From NCBI RefSeq assembly GCF_009914755.1, contig NC_060931.1: a stretch of 64,000 nucleotides of DNA; one strand, written 5' to 3'. The translations under genes were made by a program, and so were the position numbers. The DNA comes from the human T2T-CHM13v2.0 reference genome, Homo sapiens. A model generated the notes under the pieces. That model made no database searches. It saw nothing but the letters and a program-made list of their open reading frames with translations, and was not told the DNA's origin. Of this stretch, positions 12,517 through 29,794 are shown in pieces (the stretch's first letter is position 1; the number at the start of each line of letters is the position of its first letter).

Positions 12517-13972
12517 ACAACTATGGTTAATATATCCCCAAAGCCACTTTCAAATATGAGGAGCATCTGGGCTACTTTTGCCAGCACTGGGATGAAAGAA
12601 AGCAAATCATAACTGTTAGTATCACCTCCAAAATAGCTCAGTGAAGAAATATGGAAATATGAAAGGAACTTACTAATAATATTCATGAGTTGGTTTTACC
12701 CAAAGACAATATATTCTATACAATGATATAGAATACTAGCATACAAACTGAAGAACTCAATATCTTTAGTGGTATATTTTGCCATTCAAATCTAGGGCCA
12801 AGAACTCTAGATAATTGTTAAGTAATTTTAAAGAGAAAACATATATTACAAATTATATAAAAATGGATGTACCTAGAGTGTTAATAGTTATTCCTTGATA
12901 GTCTTTCTCTTAAAAATATTCTGATTAGGGCAGCTTAAAACTAATCCCCCTTTCACTGATCTTGGCAGAGGATTTTTAGCAAGTAATTTTATTTAAATTA
13001 CTACACAGAATTAATCCTTTTCATTGCTTAAGGCAAAAAGGAAACCAGAGAAAAATAAAGACTATAAACTGGGGTTGAGATAGTTACATCGAATTATTTC
13101 TTTCTTAATTGAAACAACTGAACGAAGTATTTTGCATTATAAGTAAATCCTTCCTCTACATTTATTTTGCTTCTTTCTAATGGAATAAAAGTCATGTATT
13201 TACAAGGCAGGTATAAAATACTAGTTGTATGACTGAGTGAAAATTTACTCTCATTTCCAGAATGCATAAAACTAAGATGCTTGTATCAACCAAAATTAAA
13301 GGTAATAGAAAAACATCATGAATGATTTTTTCTCCTTTTGTGAATTCAGGAGAAAATCCTGAATTATGCCTGTCTTTGCAAGTTTGGCAAAATCTAACTT
13401 TCACAATGCTGCCAATAGGCTAATCATTGAAGCTTTACATGCTGTTTTTCTCAATTCTAAAATTCTTTAGAAAACAAACAAAAAAAAACCATAAATAATG
13501 AGGAAAAAAAATGAGCTCTCATAGCCCAAGATGGTGGTTGTCAACGAGTATGTGATAGAATAAAGGAAGTGAAAGAGAAGCAATAAAGCACATATGTACA
13601 TTATCTTTAAGGACGTTTCATCACATTTCTACTTAAATACCACTGGCCAGACCTGAGTTAGAAAATCATTCAATAACAAGGTAAACTGGGAAATGCACTC
13701 CACGTTAGGTTATGCTGAGCCAAAAATTGAGGGCTCTATCACAGAAGGAGCACCTATCAATCAGCAGGCTCTGACAAACTCTGCCTCTTTCATCACTCAC
13801 GGATTTACTCTTCCCATACATGGAACTCATCCTGCCCCTCTCCAAGGGACCCAGTGCCAAAGTCCTATCCAATTTCAGCAACCGGCTCAAAGTCTAGGAT
13901 GTCTGGGTGATGTGATGCATCAAGTCTGGATATGATAGCTCATGGCCCAGCAACTTACAAAATAAAATACAA

Positions 13973-14112
13973 AGCCAGATAGTATGGTTCACATCTGTAA
14001 TCCTAGCTACTCGGGAGGTTGAGGCAGGAGGATCACTTGAGCCCTGGAGTTCAAGTCCAGCCTGGGCAACATAGTAAGAACCCCATCTCGAAAGGAGAAA
14101 AGAAAATACAAG
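13973..14112 (+). mobile_element. Free left Alu monomer (FLAM_A-like)
   Basis: Single monomer with AGCTACTCGGGAGG and CTGGGCAACATAG; TSD ATAAAATACAAA on both sides. Confidence 0.85.
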
Positions 14113-14755
14113 ATAAAATACAAATTATTTGGCCTTTCATGGTATTCAACGGTGAAGCAATAATTGGCTTTCCCCGCTAGAAAAAGCAGAAAATTGGAAG
14201 TTCATTGCAGTCCCTTGTACTTTACAATTATCAAAACCTGCTGACCAGGAATTATGAAGACTCCCTTTTTTGAGTAGGTAATCTAGCAAGTTTGGTTTTG
14301 CTTTCTGGGGGCAACATCCTTGTCCAATGTCTTGGACCTCAATTCTTCCTTTTGGGAGCTTCTTCCTGCTGTATTATGTCCCATGTTCACATGTAAGGTA
14401 GGCATTAGAGTTTACGCTTTAGGGTGGCTGTGTAGATTTCACAGCCTGCTTCCTGCTGATGCAGCTTAGTGTATCTGAGGATTTTATTAGAGATAGAACA
14501 ATTATAAGCTTTTGCAGTCCCATCTTGTTAATTAAGATGGAGATGTGCAAAGGTCAGCATTTACAGTTCCCTCAAAGAGTATTCACTTTGAGTCAATTCC
14601 AAGTACAAATGACTAGACCCAAAAATCTTATCTAGGCATAGTTTTTAGGCCCAAGGAATTTGTTTTTTAATTACTAGGCTCTAGTCCTGCCCATTTCTCT
14701 CTCTTCCATTGCCAGACCATGAGGTTATTACCTTGGGGATATTTTTAAAAGTCAG

Positions 14756-15151
14756 TGTATTAGTCTTCTCAGGCTGTCATAACAAAATACTGCATATTTG
14801 GTGGCTTAAAACAACAGAAATTTATTTTCTCACAGTTCCGGAGGCTGGAAGTTCAGGATCAGGTGTCAGCAGGGTTGGTTTCTGACGGGTACCCTCTCTT
14901 CTAGCTTACAGATAGTCACCATCTTGCTGTATCCTCACGTCTGTGTATACACATGGAGAAAATGAGATTTCTGGTATTTCTGCCTCTTCTTTTAAAGACA
15001 TCAGTTCTATAGGATTAGGGTCCTACCCTTATGACCTCATTTAACTTTGATTAGCTCCTTAAAGGTCCAATCTCCAAATATCATATACTGGAGGTTAGGG
15101 CTTCAATATATGGATTTATGGAAAGGGAAGTACAATTTACTTCATCATTGT
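14756..15151 (-). mobile_element. MaLR solo LTR, MLT1A-like
   Basis: TGTATTAGTC..GGCTGTCATAACAAAATAC..AACAACAGAAATTTATTTTCTCACAGTTC. Confidence 0.8.
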
Positions 15152-18149
15152 AGGCTTGAGAGAAAAGGCAGTACTTTTGATCTGATCTTTGCCACTAGTT
15201 TTGCCATCACAGTTGGCTTGGAAATTGCTTTACCTTCTGCTAAAGTTGCTGCTTTGTTTGGGGTTATAGAATCAGTCAGCTATTTCAACCCTGCAAGTTT
15301 TTAAATATCAAACTCTTCGTCAGTTTGTATTCCAGCTGGAGGCAGAGATGGTTGAGCTCAGCATAGTAATATTACCTTTATCTCTGCTTGCAGCCTGGAC
15401 AACTCTACCCCCAAGTAATATCTCACTTCTACAGCCTTGTTGAAAGCAGTAACAACAACAAAAACAAAACCCAACATTTTGAATTATTCTTACCATTTTC
15501 TCTTTTTAAAGTTTATCCTCACCAGGCACACGGACTACCTTCTAAGAGACCTTTGGGGATGGTGTTCTTAAATGTTTGCAATGACAAAATAGGGGTCACC
15601 AGACTTCTAATCTGCAATGAGTTCTGTTACCTGGCCACTTAGACTAATCCAACACCAAAAGTTGATTGTGGCATCCCATTTCTAAGAACACTTGAATTAA
15701 TATTAGATTCCGCTATGAGTGACAGAAGACTCAAAATAACAGCAGATTTTAAAGGGCAACAATCTTCTTTCTCATCTAACCTCCTGGTGTATGGTCCTGG
15801 ACTGGTTGGGTACGCCACAGGGTCTGGTACCCAGACTCCCTCTATCTTGTTGCCACCAACTCTTAGTGTTCTGGATTTTGTTTATTGACAACTAGAGCAC
15901 GTTTTCACCTCCTTATCACAGTGGTCAGAAAGCAGATGAATATACTTTCTAGATTCCCTACCAGCTACGGTTTAGGAGGTAATGTTGGTTGTGTCAATGA
16001 GAGGCATTCATGAGAGATTTGGAAGGCAGAAGAGAGGTAAATACTCCCTTCTTATAACAGTGGATACAGTGGTGGCTTTCAAGCAATTTCTAACAGAAGC
16101 CACATTCTAAACACTAGTCTTTTGTGGCATGAGGCAGCCAAGGGGACAGCAGAGTGGACAAGAGCTGCAGCAGCTGCCTGACCTCCACCTCACAGGGACA
16201 GTGATTGATCTTAATGCCAATTGACCTGTGGCAGTTCTCTGGTTTCCATTCTTCCAGCCCTTATGATTATTTTGTAAGTACCTAATTCACTGCATTACAT
16301 CCTTTCTGCTTCGGCTACCTAGACTGGTTTCCATTTCCTTAACTGAATGCCGGCTGATATACCTATCATGTTTTCTTTATCCACATGCTTGAAGTTGAAG
16401 ATAATTCACTGCTCCCATACCTATCTTTCCCTCTGCAGATAGGAGAGAAAGGTAGTAGAAAGCAAGAAGTTTCCTCTCAAGGGTATGACCTGGAAGTAAC
16501 ACACATAATTTCACTAGGACTCTATAGAACACAGTCCCATGGTCACCCTGAGATGCAAAGAAGGCAGAAGAGTAGACACCAGCAGGGCAAACACATGATC
16601 ACTAAAACTTGTGGAAGTTAATTGCTAAAAGGAAGAAGAGAAAAATTGGATATTGGGGGGACAATTAGCAGTCTCTATCACAGATCCCCTCAATACATCA
16701 CCCACTTTCAATAACAAAGCAATCATGGTTGTTAATTAAGGAAAGGCATTGAAAAGAAGGGTTAGAGCCAAAACCAGACAATGTGAAAGTGTTACCATTT
16801 CAGTAGTAGCCAATCACAGACCAGAAACAGGAAAAGGTCATTTTGTCATAAATTTAATTCTATCAATAAAACTGACTTAAATTATTGAATTTCTTTACTC
16901 ATATTCTGGTCCTTTGAGACTTACTACAGCCTACCTTACACACTTTTGAGTGGCATTTAGGAAAGTAATACATTTCAGTTTTCTTCTCATTAGGCCAGCC
17001 TTCCTTATGTTCTCAGAACACTAATCACTGAGGTCTTCATTTGGGACAGAAAATTCAGTACTATATACGTTCAGATATTTTATTTTCTTAAGAGATTTTT
17101 ATTATGACCCATAGTCATAACCTTTATTATTTTTTGTGGGCCTCCTTTTGAAGTGATTCTGTTTGAAACAGTCAGGCCCCAATTAGGAAATATTTTCTTT
17201 GCTTCAGAGAAGGTGGTGGCATTTTCAAAGCTCTAAGCTTAGCACCTTAAAGAGTTTGGACAGAGAGCAGCACTTGAATCCTATAATTATACTGTGTTTT
17301 GGAGCATGGATTATGACAGGTGTGCAAGCAGGACCAACTAATGAGAGAGTTGGCAAAACAGTTGAATTTTCATATAATTCACTGGTCAAAAGCTAATCAT
17401 TAACAGTAATAACAACGGGTCTTTAGGAAGACTAGAGCTTCGATTATGGCTCAAAGTAATATTTCCTATCAGAATTTCAGGCACATTTTAATACACTAGC
17501 TGCAATGTTTTATCCAATCTTTTGGCTTTTATTTTACCTAGAAAATATCTCATATAATTCTGCCACATTTGTAATCACAGAACAGTTGATATTGTAGAAC
17601 CTTAAAGACCGTCTTGTTCAGCCTCCCATTCAGGAAGGAATTTACCTCTAATGACCCCTACACACCTCGTTGAGCTCCCAAAAAACTGGTGCTTCAGCCT
17701 GCTCTCTGAAAAACTAGAAGAGTAGAACCTATCTCAAAGGTTAAGAGAATTATTTAGTTCATATTTATAAAACCCTTAGAAAGTATTAAATACTAAATAA
17801 ATATTTACTAAATCCAAAAACTACTCAAGAGAAAGAACTGTGGATCCAAAGGAATGACACATAGAAGGGGAGTTTCTGTGCCATTTAGAGAGCTCTTGTT
17901 AGAATATTTTCCTCTGAGGACTTGAATTTGGTTCTCACTCTTCCTTAGCAGCAGCACAGGCTTTATGCCCCTTCAGTTCTCCAAGCACCAACCACTGCGG
18001 TAGCTGTTTCTATTTCCTTAGGACCAAAATTAAACTATCAAGTAAGTGCATGAGATATCTATCAGACATATAAGCAGTTGATGTGCTCTCAAAGGAATGC
18101 GGATAGCTATATTTGTTCATTTTGAATAGATTTTTCACTGATTATCAAT

Positions 18150-18770
18150 CCAAACTCAGATCATGTCAGTTCTCTATTCAAATTTACTTAGGGTAAAAGC
18201 CAAAATCCTTACAAGACCCAACAAAATATGGCCCCTTTACACCTCTTTGATTTCTCTCACTAAGCTTCTCTTGCCCTTCCTGCCACATCAACCTCACCTA
18301 TTCCACTCACAGTCACCAAATGCACTGGAATCTTCTGTAGTTCCGACATATCAATCAGACTCCCAACTCAAGACTTTTGCCATTGCCCTTTTTTCACCTA
18401 GAACATCCAGCCATAAACCCCTATATTTGCATGGCACTTTCTCACCTTCTTCAGCTCTTTCCTTAAAATGAGGCCTTCTCTGGCCACCATATATGAAATA
18501 GATCCAACCTGCTAAAATTTCCATCCCCAGTACTCCTTATCCCTCTTACTACACTGTATTTTCTTCTACAGCAATTATCATCAAACATACTTCATTATGT
18601 ACTTGTTTATCTGTTCGTTCTCTGCACAACCATCTCTACACCCTGCCTCACAATACTATGTAAGCTCCATGAGGATAATAACTTTGGTCACTGGAATATC
18701 CCCAGCCTTGTATATTGTAGATGCCTAATAATATCTATTGAATGAGTAAACAGATGAATAAATAACTAAT
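18150..18770 (+). mobile_element. L2 (L2a-like) 3' portion
   Basis: CAGATCATGTCA..GTAAAAGCCAAAATCCTTAC..TAAGCTCCATGAGG..ATTGAATGA tail. Confidence 0.7.
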
Positions 18771-19226
18771 ATTCATATATGCCTAGCATATATATAAGCA
18801 TACTTATTGGACTCAGTTTTTTCTCCATTAATTCAGCCATGTGTTCAAGGCTGCCAGTATTCCTAGTTTGGGCAGGGGCCTCCAATATTTAACAACTGAA
18901 CCAACAAAGCTTTCTGAATGTGATCATTCTCAGCACTGACCTAGTCATGGTGTCCATAAGGTTCCCAGAGCCCCATGTGCCCCCAAATCACCTGTGACCT
19001 CTCTCTTTCATTTCTAATTCAATAAGCCCTTCAAACCAAAAGGCTATATTATACGCTTAAGATAAAGACAGTCACCTAAAGGAGGAAAAAGTAAAGAAAA
19101 AAATATATATCTCATTTGAGGGGGGAAGGCATCAATTTTATCTTTGTATACCCAACTTAAATGCAACCTCTAAAACAAGTATGCACTCAAGTTTTTATAT
19201 ACAAGACAGTATAATAGTGCTTAGAG

Positions 19227-19413
19227 CTTTGCTTATCTAATACTGTAGCCACTAGCCACTTATGACTATTAAAATTTAAATTAAAATAACTCTTCAGTTT
19301 TTCTAGTAATAGTTCAAGTGCACCAAAGCCCCATGCAGCTAGTGGTTACTGTGTAAGACAGCACAGATATAGAACATTTCCATCATCACAGAAAGTTCTA
19401 TTGGACAGCACTG
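19227..19413 (-). mobile_element. MER3 (hAT-Charlie DNA transposon MITE)
   Basis: GTAGCCACTAGCCAC..AGAACATTTCCATCATCACAGAAAGTTCTATTGGACAGCACTG terminus. Confidence 0.85.
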
Positions 19414-19499
19414 GGCTAAAGGATACAGTGACCAATTAATTATTACTGGATAGCATCCTGTAGAAAGGCCTTAGTTTACATGCCAGTCTCCAGACATGT

Positions 19500-19670
19500 C
19501 CAGTGCCAGCTTGACAATCTAAGTGGGACTTCAGAAAGGTTACATGACCTCACTGAGACTCATTTTCCTGAGGTGTTATGAGGATTATATGATGCTATTT
19601 ATTTAAAGTGATTAGGATAGAGTTTGGTACATAATACATAATCAATATTTACTAATATTATTGTTGCTAT
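19500..19670 (+). mobile_element. MIR fragment
   Basis: GTTATGAGGATTATATGA..AAAGTG..TGGTACATAAT. Confidence 0.55.
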
Positions 19671-19757
19671 TATTAACAAAAGCTAAAATAGTCATTTATT
19701 TATACTTCATAGTATAAATAACACTTTAGGCTATGAAGCCTGTGCAATATTTTCTTA

Positions 19758-20138
<381 letters not shown>

Positions 20139-21489
20139 TTAAATGGACTGTAGTGAGAAGTGGCCAACTATCACATTCCTCTCACAAAGTGACTCACTCT
20201 TCTTCTGAAATGAAATCAGACTTTGAGGAAAAAGTTAAACTCCTCCTAGGCAAATTATCTGTGATTGTGGAGAAGCAACAGAAAAGAAAATAAGCAGATT
20301 ACATGATAGAAAGTATATCAGTAACATACTGAATAGCTGGTATCTATCTCTACTCAGCAAAAGAGAACTATCTGTTGAGTTCTGGAGGATTCGAAGTTCA
20401 GAAAAAAAAATAGCAGTGGCTGATACGTTCTCATGTGTGCACACAGAAAACTGGCAGGAAATAGGCTTTTTTCAGGTACTCTTAGTCATTTAATCAGTAA
20501 AATCTGGTGCTAGTCCTCATAAACATTGGATTGTGCAGAGCATCATTGTATAATGCCCTCCAAAGGGTGAGTTCAGACAATAAACTGTCTTCAGGTGAGT
20601 CCAAGAGAGACCCATTATATTCATCAAATACTTAATTGAGTGACTGCGATGTGCCTGTTGGTGTTTGAGATATGGGAACAACATATTAGTGAACAAAACC
20701 AAAATCTCTACCCTCGTTGAGCCTGCATCCTAGCAATCCTACGTAGTTCCATTTTCAGTGAAGTTATACTTACCAAAGAAGATTAGTTTATTTACAAAGT
20801 AAAAGTGACTAAGAGATTTAAGAATAGTAGGTTTAAAATGGTAAATATATTTAAAACTGTTTATACTAATGACACAAGAGGAAAATATCAATGCAATCAA
20901 ACTGTTTTTTCATATGCCTCTGTTATTTAGAGCTGATACTTATTTAAAAATCTCATAGACTTCTTTCTCTAAAAATAGAAAATATTAAGGAAGATTAAAA
21001 TAACTTGTCCTTCATTTAATAGCAACAAACAATAAATAAAGCTTACAAGTTAGAATTTTTCTTTTATCTCGAAGCATAAATTGGGAGACCTACATAATCC
21101 TCTTTCTGTTTTCTCATGTAAGTAATTGTGAAGGGGCAACTCCAGATATCTCACGGCCAATTTAATTTTTGGCTATCTGGCATAATTTTAGGAAAGTGAA
21201 TATTCAAGTAAAAAATTTCTTAGGTTATTTTATCACATGCAACTCTATCACTCATATTCTAATTATTTCTACATTTTTATTTTATCACTAGAATATATAG
21301 GACAATATGAATCAATGATCTATCCATATGTTCATTATTATAACTTCTGGTATATCAAATGTATAAGATGAACTTTACTTAGACATAAAATTCATAAATT
21401 TCAAGACTGATTCTTTAGAGATTGCTTTTTTAGTATTCATTAGCTTTTAATTTAACCTTTTCCTACAAGCTGCTCAAACCCACAGAAAT

Positions 21490-21830
21490 CATTAGCTATT
21501 GCTACATGATACTGTAAAACAACTAACCTCAAAACCTCAGTGGTATAAAACAATAAACATTGTTTTTGTTTTTAATACTCTTGAGTTTCAGGTCAGCTAG
21601 AAGAGCTCTGCTTCATGTGTTTCTCCCTCATCGTGGGCTAGCAGGCTCCTGGGGGTGGTACAAGCTCAAGAGAGCAAGCTGGCACATGTCAAGGCTTATC
21701 TGCCAATGCAAGGGAAAAGAAGGTGCACACTAGCCACTGTGAGGTTGGGGAAGGACAACAGTAAAGTCTCCTTGGCAAAGCTATGGATCTAGAAAGAGGT
21801 AAAGAACTGGACTAAATAATTCAATCTACT
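21490..21830 (-). mobile_element. Old MLT1-type LTR fragment
   Basis: TAGCTATTGCT..CCTCAAAACCTCAGTGGTATAAAACAATAAACATT. Confidence 0.5.
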
Positions 21831-23556
21831 GAGATTAGATCTGGAACATAGTCTGCATATGATGAAATGAGCACAGCTTCCATCTCTGAAAATGTCAGAG
21901 GTTTATATATTCCATATCAAGACAGCCTCAACAATCTCAAAAATATCTATGATGAGGACAACTTGGTGAGAGGGAGTGTATACATCACTATGAATTTATC
22001 ACAAATTAGGAAATGTTTTCACATGGTAATGACAATTTATACATTTCAAAAGAAACTGTTTGGTCCTCATAGCTACAGATTTTATTATTGCTATAAGTTA
22101 AAGTGGCTACCTAATGGTTTTGAAAAGAGAACTACAGCATTCAGTGTTCAGTAAGGTCCAGGCACTGCAAAGTTTAAAAGTAACTTCAAATTTCCATTAA
22201 AAAATAAAACCCTGGAGGTGGCCGGCCTGATGGCCGAATAGGAACAGCTCCGGTCTTCAGCTCCCAGTGAGATCAATGCAGAAGGTGGGTGATTTCTGCA
22301 TTTCGAACTGAGGTACTCATCTCATCTCATTAGGACTGGTTAGACAGTGGGTGCAGCCCATGGCGAGCCGAAGCAGGGTGGGGCACTGCCTTACACAGGA
22401 AGCACAAGGGGTCGGGAAACTCCCTCCCCTAGCCAAGGGAAGCTGTGAGGGACTGTGCAGTGAGGAAAGGTGCGCTTCTTTCCTCATGCCCAGATACTAC
22501 ATTTTTCCCATGGTCTTTGCAACCTGCAGGCTAGGAGATTCCCTCGGGTGCCTACAGAATCAAGGCCCTGCGTTTCAAGCACAAAACTGGGCGGCCATTT
22601 GGGCAGACACCAAGCTAGCTGCAGGAGTTTTTTCTCATACCCCAGAGGCACCCAGAACGTGAACGAAACAGAACCGCTCACTCCCCTGAAAAAGTGGCCG
22701 AAGCCAGGGAGCCAAGCGGTCTAGCTCAGTGGATTCCACCCCAAAGGAGCCCAGCAAGCTAAGATCCACTGGCTTGAAATTCTTGCTGCCAGCACAGCAG
22801 TCTGAAGTCGACCTGGGATGCTAGAGCTTGGTAAGGGTAGGGGTATCTGCCATTACTGAGGCTTGAGTAGGCGGTTTTCCCCTCACAGTGTAAAAAAAGC
22901 CTCCAGGAAGTGTGAACAGGGGAGAGTCCATCGCAGCTCAGCAAAGCCGCTGGAGCCAGATTGCCTCTCTAGATTCCTCCTCTCTGGGCAGGGCATCTCT
23001 GAAAGAAAGACACCAGCTCCAGTCAGGGGCTAATAGATAAAACTCCCACCTCCCTGGGACAGAGCACCTGGGGGAAGGGGCGGCTGTGGGTGCAGCTGCA
23101 GCAGACTTAAATGTTCCTGCCTGCTGGCTCTGAAGAGAGCAGCAGGTCTCCCAGAACAGCGCTGAAGCTCTGCTAAGGGACAGACTACCTCCTCAAGTGG
23201 GTCCCTGACCCCCGTGCCTGCTGACTGGGAGACACCTCCCAGCAGGGGTCGACAGACACCTCATACAGGACACCTCTAGCTGGCATCTGGAGGATGCCCC
23301 CCTGGGATGAAGCTTCCAGAGGAAAGAACAGGAAGCAATCTTTGCTGTTCTGCAGCCTCTGCTGGTGATACCCAGGCAAACAGGGTCTGGAGTGGACGTC
23401 CAGCAAACTCCAGGAGACCTGCAGCAGAGGGGCCTGTCAGAAGCAAAACTAACAAACAGAAAGAAATAGCATCAACATAAACAAAAAGATGTCTAAACAA
23501 AAACCCCATCCAAAGATCACCAACATCAAAGAACAAAGGTAGATAAATCCACAAAG

Positions 23557-24598
23557 ATGAGGAAAAAACAGTGCAAAAAGGCTGAAAATTCCAAAAACAA
23601 AAACGCCTCTTCTCTGCCAAAGGATCACAACTCCTTGCCAGCAAGAGAACAAAACTGGATGGAGAATGAGTTTGATGAATTGACAGAAGTAGGCTTCAGA
23701 AGGTGGGTAAAAACAAATGCCTCCCAGCTAAAGGAGCATGTTTTAACCCAATGCAAGGAAGCTAAGAACCTTAAAAAAGAGAAGAGAAAATGCTAACTAG
23801 AATAACCAGCTAAGAGAAGAACATAAATGACCTGATGGAGCTGAAAAGCACATCACGGAACTTCGTGAAGCATACACAAGTATGAATAGCCGAATTGATG
23901 AACACGAAGAAAGGAGATCAGAGATTGAAGATCAACTTAATGAAATAAAGCGTGAAGACAAGATTAGAGAAAAAAATAATAAAAAGGAATGAACAAAGCC
24001 TCCAAGAGATATGGGACTATGTGAAAAGACCAAATCTACATCTGATTGGCATACCTGAAAGTCATGGGGAGAATGGAACCAAGTTGGAAAACACTCTTCA
24101 GGATATTATCCAGGAGAACTTCCCCAACCTAGCAAGACAGGCCAACATTCAAATTCAGGAAATACAGAGAAAACCATAAAGATACTCCTTGAGAAGAGCA
24201 ACCCAAGACACATAATCATCAAATTCACCAAGGCTGAAATGAAGGAAAAAATGTTAAGGGCAGCCACAGAGAAAGGTTGGGTTACCCACAAAGGGACACT
24301 CATCAGACTAATAGCAGAACTCTCTGCAGAAACCCTACAAGACAGAAGACAGTGGGGGCCAATAGTCAACATTCTTAAAGAAAAGAATTTTCAACCCAGA
24401 ATTTCATTTCCAGCCACACTAAGCTTCATAAGTGAAGGAGAAATAAAATCCTTGACAGACAAGCAAATGCTGAGAGATTTTGTCACCACCAGGCCTGCCT
24501 TACAAGAGGGCCTGAAGGAAGCACTAAACATGGAAAGGAATAACCGGTACCAGGCAATGCAAAAACATACCAAATTGCAAAGAACATCGACACCATGA
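23557..24598 (+). pseudogene. Outer L1 ORF1p, disrupted
   Basis: Fragments MRKKQCKKAENSK.., ..SLQEIWDYVKRPNL.., MKEKMLRAA.. in different frames. Confidence 0.9.
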
Positions 24599-24643
24599 AG
24601 AAACTGCATCAACTAATGGGCAAAATAACCAGCTAGCATCATA

Positions 24644-27667
<3,024 letters not shown>

Positions 27668-27682
<15 letters not shown>

Positions 27683-28123
27683 GGCTTGGGTTCCAAGATG
27701 GCAGAATAGGAACAGCTCCAGTCTGCAGCTCCCAGCGTGAGCGACACAGAAGACGGGTGATTTCTGCATTTCCAACTGAGGTAGTGGGTTCATCCCACTG
27801 GGATTTGTTGGACAGTGGGTGCAGCCCACGGAGTGTGAGCTGAAGCAGGGCAGGCATCGCCTCACCTGAGAAGTGCAAGGGTTCAGGGAATTCCCTTTCC
27901 TAGCCAAGTAAAGCCATGACAGACAACGGTACGTGGAAAATCGGGACACTCCCACCCTAATACTGCGCTTTTCCAACAGTCTTAGCAAACAGCACAACAG
28001 GAGATTATACCCCATGCCTGGCTCAGAGGGTACCATGCCCACAGAGCCTTGCTCACTGCTAGCACAGCAGTCCAAGATCAAACTGCAAGGCGGCAGCGAG
28101 GCTGGGGGAGGGGCATCCGCCAT
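27668..28123 (-). CDS. L1 antisense ORF0-like frame, open for 151 aa (expression unproven)
   Basis: [42 protein letters not shown] matches primate L1 ORF0; ATG in GCAATGG context. Confidence 0.5.
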
Positions 28124-28722
28124 TGCTGAGGTTTGAGTAGGTAAACAAAGTGGCCGGAAGCTCAAACTGGGTGAAGCCCACTGCAGCTCAACAAGGCCTG
28201 CCTGCCTCTGTAGACTCCACCTCTGGCGGCAGGGCATAGGTGAACAAAAGGCAGCAGAAACTTCTGCAGACTTAAATGTCCCTGTCTGACAGCTTTGAGG
28301 AGAGTAGTGGTTCTCCCAGCATGGAGTTTGAGCTCTCAGAACACACAGACCGCCTTCTTAAGTGGGTCCCTAACCCCCAAGTAGCCTAACTGGAAGACAC
28401 CGCCCAGTAGGGGCTGACTGACACCTCATTCAGCCGGGTGCCCCTCTGAGATGAAGCTTTTAGAGGAAGGATGAGGCAGCAACATTTGCTGTTCTGCAAT
28501 ATTTGCTGTTCTGCACCCTCCACTGGTTATACCCAGGCAAACGGGGACTGGAGTTCACCTCCAGCAAACTCCAAAAGACGTGCAGCTGAGGGTCCTGAGT
28601 GTTAGAAGGAAAACTAACAAACAGAAAGGAATAGCATCAACATCAACAAAAAGGACATCCACACCAAAACCCCATCTGTAGGTCACCATCATCAAAGACC
28701 AAAGGTAGATAAAACAACAAAG

Positions 28723-29731
28723 ATGGGGAGGAACCACAGCAGAAAAGCTGAAAATTCTAAAAATCAGAGCTCTTCTTCTCCTTCAAAGGAACACGGCTCC
28801 TAACCAGCAACAGAACAGAGCTGGACGGAGAATGACTTTGACGAGTTGACAGAAGTAGGCTTCAGAAGATCAGTAATAACAAACTTCTCCGAGCTAAAGG
28901 AGGATGTTCAAACCCATCAAAAGAAGCTAAAACCTTGGAAAAAGATAAGACAAATGGCGAACTAGAATAAACAGTGTAGAGAAGACCTTAAATGACCTCA
29001 TGGAGCTGAAAGCCACGGCAAGAGAACTACATGATGCATACACAAGCTTCAGTAGCCAATTCGATCAAGTGGAAGAAACAGTATCAGTGATTGAAGATCA
29101 AATGAATGAAATGAAGCAAGAAGAGAAGTATAGACAAAAAAGAGTAAAAAGAAACAAACAAAGCCTCCAAGAAATATGGGACGATGTGAAAAGACCAAAT
29201 CTACGTCTGATTGGTGTACCTGAAAGTGATGGGGAGAATGGAACCAAGTTGGAAAACACTCTTCAGGATATTATCCAGGAAAACTTCCCAAACCTAGCAA
29301 GACAGGCCAACATTCAAATTCAAGAAATACAGAGAATGCCACAAAGATACTCCTCGAGAAGAGCAACCCCAAGACACATAATTGTCAAGATTCACCAAGG
29401 TTGAAATGAAAGAAAAAACATTAAATGCAGCCAGAGAGAAAGGTCGGGTTACCCACAAAGGGAAGCCCATCAGACTAACAGCAGATCTCTCAGCAGAAAC
29501 TCTACAAGCCAGAAGAGCATGGGGGCCAGTATTCAATATTCTTAAAGAAAAGAAAACTAATCTGCCGAACTAAGCTTCATAAGTGAAGGAGAAATAAAAT
29601 TCTTTACAGACAAGCAAATGCTGAGGGATTTTGTCACCACCAGGCCTGCCTTACAAGAGCTCCTGAAGGAAGCACTATACATGGAAAGGAACAACCAGTA
29701 CCAGCCACTGCAAAAACATGCCAAATTGTAA
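28723..29731 (+). pseudogene. Inner L1 ORF1p, disrupted
   Basis: ATG 28723 to TAA 29731; internal stop, frameshifts and a small deletion near 29555. Confidence 0.9.
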
Positions 29732-29794
29732 AGACCATCAATGCTAGGAAGAAACTACATCAACTAACGAGCAAAATAACCAGCTAACACTATA

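Larger units (their letters stand above)
13500..16680. mobile_element. Old nested MaLR (MLT1-type LTR/internal) and ERVL (LTR16/33-like) fragments
   Basis: Patchy recalled similarity, e.g. ACTCAAAATAACAG.., CAATGAGAGGCATTCATGAGAGATTTGGAAGGCAGAAG; boundaries approximate. Confidence 0.4.

Noticed and set aside
13973-14112. BC200 or 7SL RNA gene
   Set aside because: Lacks the BC200 unique 3' domain and the 7SL S domain; a diverged FLAM with TSD
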